DNA of 64,000 nucleotides from Neovahlkampfia damariscottae (Eukaryota), in contig JABLTG010000018.1 of the NCBI GenBank assembly GCA_016618085.1, positions 1-64,000 on the forward strand. The letters are read 5' to 3'. The position numbers and the translations under genes were made by a program. This document shows, one piece after another, positions 55,683 through 64,000 of this stretch (the first letter of the stretch is position 1; every line of letters begins with the position of its first letter). The notes beneath the pieces were generated by a model that was not told the DNA's origin, did no database searches, and was given only the letters and a program-made list of their open reading frames with translations.

Positions 55683-57054
55683 TTATTTATCTAATTTTTC
55701 AAAAAAGAATGAATCATAAGATGATGAAAGTTTGAAATCTATTCCTTGACTCAATGTACCCAATCCTTGACTATTTAATGAATATAATTGTGATGCTTGA
55801 AGTGATGGTGATGGTAAATCCCAATTTTGTTCTCCTTCATTTTGAGGTGTTGGTGTTGGACTCAATAAATTTTCTTGTGAATTTTGTGAAAATGAAAGAG
55901 ATAATAAACCTCTTGATCTTGGTCCTCCATCCTGTGAATTTTTAAATTCTTGTGAAAATCTAATATCTGGACTTAGTACTGGTGACTTTTCATCATTTTT
56001 TTCTTCAATAACTTTCATAGCTGCTCTTGAAAGTGCAAGTTCTGATTTCATTTTCTTTTTAACTGGTTGTTCATGTCCAATATCTTCATCTGCTAATAAT
56101 TCATCTTCAAGATCTTTTGATTGAGGTCTTTTTTTTCCGACCTCTTCTTTATCATTTGGTTTATTTGTAGAAGGATAAATAAGTGTTTTTGGCATTACGT
56201 TATATGGATCAGTTTTTGGTAATAATCTTGGTTCAATTTTGAATACACTTTGAAAAAAATTAATAAAAAAAAAAAAAGAAACTTTGGTGAAGGTGTCATA
56301 ATTGGAAATTGAATAAAGTTTGGTTGATGTAATGGATGTCTAAATGAACTAGTTGATTCATCATCTGTTTTTTCTTTTTTCAAAATTACTGGAGCATCAA
56401 TTTCTTCAAGAAACTTTGGTTGTTCTGGTTTTTCTTGAAATCTATCACTGTGACTTTTTCTTTTATTTTGATCTAAAAATATTAATTTTTAAAAATTTAG
56501 TTAGTACTTAGATATACACTTGGTTTTGAAACAATTACAAAAGAAGAAGATATTTTTGAAAAAACTCTTTTGAATGAATCATCATCTACTTTTCTATATA
56601 CTGATACTTTGAAACAAAAATCACCTTTGAAACTTGTTTTAGTTGAATCTTGCCAATCTAAATAATTTTTAATCCTTTTTAATATTCAAACCTAAAACAC
56701 AAGTCCAAACAGCATTTATAGGATCTTCTGTGAATGAATATGTAATAACTGGTAAACCTAAAAGGTTATATTCTTGAAATTTTCCTTGAAGTTGATCAAC
56801 TTTTTTGAAGAGTTTTAAATCAACAAAATATCCTCTTTTCTTTTCTCCACACATTTTTAAGAATTCTTCATTTGGTTTTATAACAAATTCATATTGATGT
56901 GTTCTAAATAGAACATTGGAAGGACTTTGTTCAATATTTTTTATTTTTCTTGAAATGACTTCAACAGTAACATCAGCACCTTCAAAATTCCTTTTGGAAA
57001 GATAATTTTTAATATTTTGATAAATTTATTTACGAAACTGAACTACCTGCCCAT
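55683..57054 (-). CDS. Hypothetical nuclear protein, possibly a CudA-like transcription factor, multi-intron
   Basis: Beta-rich N-terminal domain ending SFVIVSKP, then a disordered S/P-rich tail with an NLS-like PVKKK; family call is weak. Confidence 0.45.
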
Positions 57055-57272
57055 AACAGACGAATGTGAGTTTTGGTGTTTGGTGTTGTATTTTTTTGTG
57101 CTGAATCAGACATCGTTTTGATTGGATGAAAAAAACCAACGAAAATTAGAAATTTCTTCTTTTTCTTTAAAAGAATAAAAAATTGAAAAAAATGGAAAAT
57201 TATAACGTTTAGAAAACTGTTTCTTTTTCATTCGTCAATTTTCACTTCTGAAGTTGCATAACCACCGGTCTC

Positions 57273-58044
57273 ATGGAAGAAATGAATCAAGTTACTGTCA
57301 TTGAAGACAGAGAGAAACAGAAAAAAAGGTTAAACGAGAATGTTCTTAAAAGAGAAGATACAAAAATAAAAGAAATATTAAAAACATTTGGTCATGTTGT
57401 AGTTTATAATTTTCGAAAAAAATCAAAAAAATGGTCAAAAGGTTACTATCATTTAAATTAAAATCAAAAAATAAGATGTTTATGAAGGTCCATTATTTGT
57501 TGTGGAAAGAAAAGAAAATCCAACATTTAAGTTTATTATAATGAATAGACTGAATACTGATAATTTTATTCAAGATATTTCAAAAATTGAATTACAAGTT
57601 GTACCACCTTATGCATTTTTTAAAAATATTGAAAATAATGATATCAAAGGGTAAATTCAAAATTGGTCTAAAACCAATATTTATAGTTTATGGTTTTATG
57701 ATTATACAGAAACATTAGAATTTGTAAAAACCATTGAAGAGTAAAATTAAATCAATATAACATTTTTTTTAGTTTAAAGTATTTTTCATTTTATTTAACT
57801 AATACTTTGACAAAGGAGAAGAAAAATAACAAAAAAGAAATTAGATTTTGTCAATGATAAATATGATGATATTTTAACAGATGAAATAATAGAAAATACT
57901 GATATATCATCATCAGAATTAAGTTCAAAAGAAGAATTAAAAAAAATTTTACAAAATAAAATGAATGATTCAAATGATCCATTTTTAGAAAATTTATTCA
58001 AGAAAATTAAATTGACTGAAAAATTTGGAGATTTGATTAATTAA
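57273..58044 (+). CDS. DCP1: mRNA decapping activator DCP1 (EVH1 domain), 3 introns
   Basis: LN..VLKR.D..I.EIL....HVVVY.F, EG.LFV..R, F.IMNRLN..NF, LWFY. Confidence 0.85.
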
Positions 58045-58098
58045 TTACATATTGAGATAAAGTTGTTTGTTTTAACTCTTTTTTCTTTTCATTTGATT

Positions 58099-58195
58099 CC
58101 GCTATCTTAAAACTGACTTTTCTGATTAATCAGACCAGACATTAAAATCAAGGTTTCTTTCGGGATAGGACCGTCGCCAGCAGTACTGGTAGTTT
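58099..58195 (-). ncRNA. Candidate omega-RNA scaffold at the Fanzor right end
   Basis: GC-richer structured segment after RuvC-III: CCAG..CTGG hairpin (58177-58189), CTATC/GATAG long-range stem (58164-58168 with 58102-58106), 14-bp palindrome TCTGATTAATCAGA (58121-58134), ending ...GATAGCGG before A-rich flank. Confidence 0.5.
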
Positions 58196-58535
58196 TTGGA
58201 TTTCCAATAAAATTTTGTATATTCATCAGAAATATATTTCTTGCTCCATTATAATCTCTTGGAAGAGAAAAATTACAATATTTACAATCGAAATAATCTT
58301 TTTTTCCAAGTTTCCAATCTATTTTTCCACATGATCCACATGTACAACTGGTATAATGTTCTGAAACTTCATGTACTTGAACAGAATCTTTTTGAGCAAG
58401 ATGTTTTAGTGTTTGACAAAATTGAAAATGAGACCAATGAAGCATTTTTCTCACTGTTGTACTATGAATTTTTCTTTCCCATTTTTTAATCATTCCTTTG
58501 ACTGGAAATTTTGAAATCAAAATTTCATCATTTGA
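58099..58535 (-). mobile_element. 5'-truncated Fanzor2 / IS607-TnpB-type nuclease remnant
   Basis: DEILISKF.VKGM...RKI...TVRKMLHWSHFQF...VSEHYTSCTCGSCG...CKYC....RDYNGARNI covers the RuvC-II region, zinc ribbon and RuvC-III; RuvC-I, REC and WED are absent. Confidence 0.88.
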
Positions 58536-58632
58536 GATCTTTTTCAGTATTTTCTAGTTGAACAAAAGGTCTTTTTTGTTCAACTTGAACAACTTCAAGT
58601 AAAAATTCTAAAAATAACTGGCAAAATTAAAT

Positions 58633-61600
58633 CTAATTGGCCACTTTTATCACAATAACCATCAATTCATTGGCCGTTTCAGAATTACTTCTTTTTCTCT
58701 TTTTATCATTTGGATTCATTTCTTCATCAGATGAACTATCAATCAAAACTATAAATCCATCACCACCATCACCATCTTCTTCTTCTTCTTTTTCTTGATC
58801 AAATATTTTAGAATCATCTAATTCTTTCTTTTCTAATATTTCATCATCTTCATTTTCTTCATACAAATCGGAACTAAAAGGAATCACAACATCTTCATCA
58901 TGAATCACTTCAATAGAATTGGTGAGTGACGAATCAAGAAGTTTTTTTTTATTGTGAGCTTTCATAGTTTCAAATCCAATGGATCTTCCTAATAATGGTG
59001 GTACAGCACTATTGATATGAATTAATCTAAAAGATACACTTACTTTCCAATGGCATGATATTTTTCTTTTCTTGAACGATTTGAAAATGAGAATGTATCA
59101 GGAAATCCTTGAATTCTTGCTGATTCTCTTACACTTATTCCTCTATCTTGATAAGGATGAATGATTCTACATCTATATAAACTCACTAAATAAAATTAAA
59201 TTAAATGATTTATAATAACAAACTTCCTGTTAAAATAGTTGGAATGGCATATTCATAAGAAATTCTTCCAAATAATCCTCCATCCATTATGTTTATTTGC
59301 ATTATGTGGTAAACACATTGGAACTAAAGAAGGTGGTAAATCCTTCCAATAATATTTTAAACTGGGTGATATTTGATTTAAATTTGGTATATTTTTTACT
59401 CTCTCAAGATTCTTTCCTTTTATATCATTTGTTTCATGATCTGTTAACTTTTTACCATTATTTCTAATCAAATTTGCCAAGGTGTCTTTGGATTTTGATC
59501 ATATGTTTCTTTGTTATAACATTCACCATTTTCAATTTTTGGTAAATCTGATAATGCATCTTCACCAATGATAGCTGGAAATGGTGCAAATTCAAATCTC
59601 TTTTCAACTAATTTTGCTAATTTTGGAATATTTTTATCAACTTGATCAAATAATTTGGCATTTAATGTTTGAGCAGGTCGAAATTCAGGTAATTGTTCAC
59701 CATATTTTGATGCTAAAAAGAATGTTCTTTTTCTCTATTGTGGAAGTGAATAATTATATGATGTTAATAAACCTACATTGATCTGATATCCAAGTGCAAG
59801 AAATGTGGACATTACAATTTTTGGAATAACACCTTTTGAATGACGAAACATACCTGCAACATTTTCAATAATAACAAATCTTGGTTTTAAATGTTCAACT
59901 AAACCTAAAAATGGAATAAATAGCATATTAAGAGGATCTTGAAATTTTTGAAATCTGTTAATTCCACTAAATCCTTGACAAGGTGGACCTCCACATAACA
60001 CATCAACTTCACCAGGTTTTGGTAATTTATCATCTTTATCTTCTTCATTTTCACTTAACATTCTTCTTAAAAGTTCATTTACATCTTCTGAAAACATATG
60101 ACAATCTTTATGATTTTCTTTAAATATTTTACTTGCTGAAATTGATCTTTCACATGCCCATTTTGTTTTAATATTTGCCATTGCTAATCCTGTACTTAAA
60201 CCACCACAACCTGCAAAAATATCAAATCCAGTTAATTCATCAAAAATAGGTTTCATCCAAATTTGAGGATCATTTGAATCATTAACAGAAACTAATGAAT
60301 TTGTTGATTTATTATACATTTTTGAATAAAAATAAATATCATTCAATTTTTCAAATTCATCAAAATCTTTTATATTATTTTTATGATAAACATTACATTT
60401 TCTATCAATAAAATCTAATTTAACATATGTCTTTTCTTTAGTCAAAAAAAGTTCTTTTAAATTTGTTGATGAATCTTTTGCATTTTTTCTAACATTCCAT
60501 GGTCTTTCATAAATTTGAATTTTAACACCCTCATACTTTGTACCTGCTGTTATAATTTGAAAAATCTTTCCAATTCTATAGGTTTTTTCTACATCACTTT
60601 TTGGTTGAAAATATACAAAATTACCAAGTGAATAAGTCTCACCAGCATATTGAAATGATGAATATTGTTTTTTACCTTGTCTTTCTTTAATGAATGTATT
60701 TGTATCAATTTCACGAGGTTTTTGTTTATCAAAGAGTGTTGGTAGTTGAGCAATATCATAACTTGGTGGAAATGTAAATGCATGAGATGATGTATCATAA
60801 CAAAATCTAAAATAATATTCAAATAATTCAGGATTTAAAATTTGTTTTGATGCTTTGAATTTTGGTTTTGAAAATATTGAAGATGCAAGATAATTTCCTT
60901 TTTTGGAAATTAAAAATAATTCTTTTGGATCTACTGTATCTGATATGAATGTTTCTTTTCCAGTAATTAATCTTTGAATCCGACAATAAATATTATTCTT
61001 GCTTGAAATAATTGATAATACAATTCCAAATATCAAATTTTTCTTTAAAGGTTTTGATCCATTTAATTTTTTATCAGTGGTTGGATCAATAGTAACAAAA
61101 TCATTTAACTTTATAAAATTTGATCCAAAAGTGAGTTGAGAATAATATTTTTTTGATTTTTTTGATTTTGTTAAATAGTTTTCATCCAATTCAATATTAC
61201 CATTCAAATAGATAGGTTCATTTTTAATTGAAAAACTATTTTTTGAATCATCTTCATTTTCTGGATCTTCTAATTGCCAATATTGTCCAAATACTTTTCC
61301 AACAATTGGTGTTGTAGAAATATGAGATGAATTAGTTGGTTTTTTTCTATTTTCTGCTTTTTTCTTTTGATCAGCTTTTTTCTTTCTTGGATCACTCCAT
61401 CCTTTTGTTTTTCCAAGACAAGTTACATGAAAATGAGTTCCCTTTACATCATCCCATTTTTCCATTTTTTTTATTTCTTCAAATATAAGTGGAATATCAG
61501 CATAGAATAAATTTAATGCATAACTACTTGAAAATTTTTGTTGAATCTATAAAGTTTGAATTCTAATTTTTTTTTTTACTTGTCTAAATATTTCTGATGC

Positions 61601-62991
61601 AACAATGGTTAATGGATCAATTAAAATAACTGGTATTGAAACAGCACATGCAACTGCAGCTCTTTCAACTTCATCAAAATATTCATAATAATCATCTGAT
61701 GCTAATTCTAAAACATACCAACAAAGTTTTGTTTTTATCCAAACTCTTACAGGTTCTGAATCATAATCAATCTTCCAATCAATGATTTTTCCAATATTCA
61801 CATTTTTTATAATTTGATCACTTTCTTCATCATCAAAGTCATCATCATTTTCATCATCATCACCATAACAGATATCACCAAATGCATAAAATGGTCCACT
61901 TTGTTTCAGTCTATAAACATAACATTTAATGTTATTTGCATCAAAAATTGTGAAATTTCTTAATCTTCTAAATTCTTCACCTTCTGTTGTCAATAGAACT
62001 TTTACCTTCGATACATTTTCTTCATCAATGCAATCTTCTTTAGGAATTGAATTTTCAAATTTTTCAATGATTTCAATAGGAGCTTTCTTTTTTTTTATGC
62101 TATTAATATTGGAATTTCCACCTCCAGTAGATTTTTTTTTTTGTTATTTTTCCTTTTTTTGATGTCGTTTTTTTTTCTTTTTCTATTGGTTTTTCCCAAA
62201 CTTTTGATGTAGAAGAAGCAAATGGTGATGTTTCTTCATCATCTGGTATATTTGAAATTGATTCAACGGCAATATTTCTTAATTGTAAATAAAATCTGGT
62301 GTTCAAGTATTCATCTCCCATCTGTTCTAATTGAAGAATAATGAATTCAACATAAGTTTCAAAATCCTTTTCTGTAAAGTTTGGAATTTTCTCACTCATT
62401 TCTTTTAGAGTTACAATATTCTTTGTATCTTCATCTAAAACATCAACAATTTTACCAACCAATTTAACTCTATTTTTCGCAGAATCAAAAGACTTGGAAT
62501 ACTTTTCACTTGGATTCAATAGTTTATACCATGCTTGTTGAGTTTTCAACCAGACATATTTTTCATCTTTGTCACATTCAATCTGCCATTCCTTTTTTTG
62601 AATTGTTAAATTTTATTTGTTTTTACAAGTAGAGGTCCAATTGTAACTTCTTCTGTATATTGTTCTGGTATATCTTGGATTTCATAATCTTCTTCTTCTT
62701 CTAACTTTTGAATGTTAAAAAATAAAGTTTTACTGAATCATCAAGAATCAAAATTTCTTGTCCTTTGCAAACTGATTTTTGAGCATGTGTTTTCACTTTT
62801 CCTGTAACCATTAAAGTTGAAGAATGATCTATGTTCTCTACAGGTACCATCTTGTTGTTTTTTCTTGGTTCAATAATTTCAAAATTATCTAAAAGACGAT
62901 AAATATCACCAGTATTATAATTCAAGTCATTATATAACTCAGGTATATCATCTTCTTGCATTAAGCTTGAAAGTTCATCTGAAGAAGTCAT
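58633..62991 (-). pseudogene. DNMT1: DNMT1/MET1-type C5 DNA methyltransferase (2 RFTS-like + 2 BAH + catalytic domain), disrupted
   Basis: DIFAGCGGLS, GGPPCQGFS, ENV, SVRESARIQGFPD, GNAVPP; in-frame TAG in motif VIII (PQ*RKR, 59735-59737); frameshifts near 62135, 59474 and 59279. Confidence 0.8.
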
Positions 62992-63175
62992 TTAACTTCT
63001 TTGGCTTTTTGGAGTGAATAACGATACTTTTTAATTGGTCTATTTTTTAGTTCAATTTTGTTTTGAAAAAAATAAGAGCTGGATGTATCTAGTAAAATAA
63101 AGAAAATTCAAAATCAGAGTTTTCTTTTATTTGATGAATTTTTGACCAATCATCTGTTTTTTGTTTCGAATTTGA

Positions 63176-64000
63176 ATGCCTCCAAAACAAAACAAAAAAC
63201 AAGGGTAACCTTTCTTCAATGATTAATATTTTATAGGTCTAATCAACCTCAAAATAAAAAACAGAATAAGGATATTAAAAATCCATCACCAAAAACACAA
63301 AATCAAAAAAAACCAACCGAAAAACAAGAAATCAATGGTTCCTCAAAAGAAGAAAATAGTACTTTCATAAAAGTTGGTGATAGAGATGTAAGTTATTTAA
63401 ATATTAATATCTTCATTAGGTTCCACTTAGAACAGCTTCTGCTCCACCTGATTTGAACAAAGACCATCAACCAAAAAAAATTAATACTGGCTTAAGTACT
63501 AATTTTCAACCATTCGTACCAAGAGGATTTGTTCCAACTGCGCAACCTTTTATACCAAAGAATATTCAAAATTTTCAACCAACAGTTACAGTACCAATAC
63601 AAACAAATCCAGTGCCAAAACCTGCACCAGCACCAAAAAAAGGTCTACTGATCATTGACCCAAAGACTGGAGCACCTGTTGATATATTTGGAAATAGAAT
63701 TAAAACAACTGAAGAAGAAGTAAAACCTGAAGTAGAAGTTAAAGTTGAAGAAAAAAAAGAAGAAAAAAAAGAAGCTAAACCAGTTGTTGAAGTTAAACCA
63801 CAACCTGTAAAAGTAGAAGAAACGAAAGTAGAAGAAGAAGAAGAAGAAGAAGATTCTTTGGACGTCGAAGTTGAAGATTCCTTAGACGTTGAAATTTCTG
63901 ATAAAGATGATTCAAATGAAGAGGAAGAAGACTCTGAAGAAGAAGATTCCGAAGAAGAAGATGATTCAACAAGTGATGAAGAAGAAGGAGATATGAAAAA
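63176..64000 (+). CDS. eIF4G-like protein, N-terminal part (runs off the window; 2 introns)
   Basis: VPLRTASAPP.L motif, PAM2-like LSTNFQPFVP and KKGLLIIDPKTG, typical of eIF4G N-termini; MIF4G domain not within the window. Confidence 0.55.

Noticed and set aside
58107..58520. Active Fanzor nuclease at this locus
   Set aside because: No ATG-led full ORF; RuvC-I, WED and REC are missing and an in-frame TAG lies just upstream

Overview
Chromosome end of a very AT-rich, gene-dense eukaryotic microbe; the taxon cannot be determined from this window. It starts with a (CCCAAA)n / TTTGGG telomere and carries about 43 protein genes read in the standard genetic code. The genes are split by very short GT-AG introns (about 28-41 nt), so the ORF track shows only fragments, and gene models here were hand-spliced. 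Most genes are housekeeping: KYNU, OST3/6, G-alpha, two TFIIA-gamma, V-ATPase c, PDS5, RPL17, ISWI, eIF2B-alpha, Y14, RPB11, Nup85, DCP1 and an eIF4G-like gene, plus one tRNA-Phe. Highlights: (1) a 5'-truncated Fanzor2/TnpB RNA-guided nuclease remnant with a structured, omega-RNA-like 3' end and upstream hairpins, sitting directly behind (2) a near-complete but disrupted MET1/DNMT1-type DNA methyltransferase; (3) an apparently length-ruled splicing system with A-rich acceptors, 3-, 7- and 13-nt micro-exons and two back-to-back 33-nt introns with a zero-length exon; (4) a CCAAT motif just upstream of most start codons; (5) several unusual domain architectures and pseudogenes, and a hAT transposase scrap. 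All family calls come from motif recognition, not database searches.
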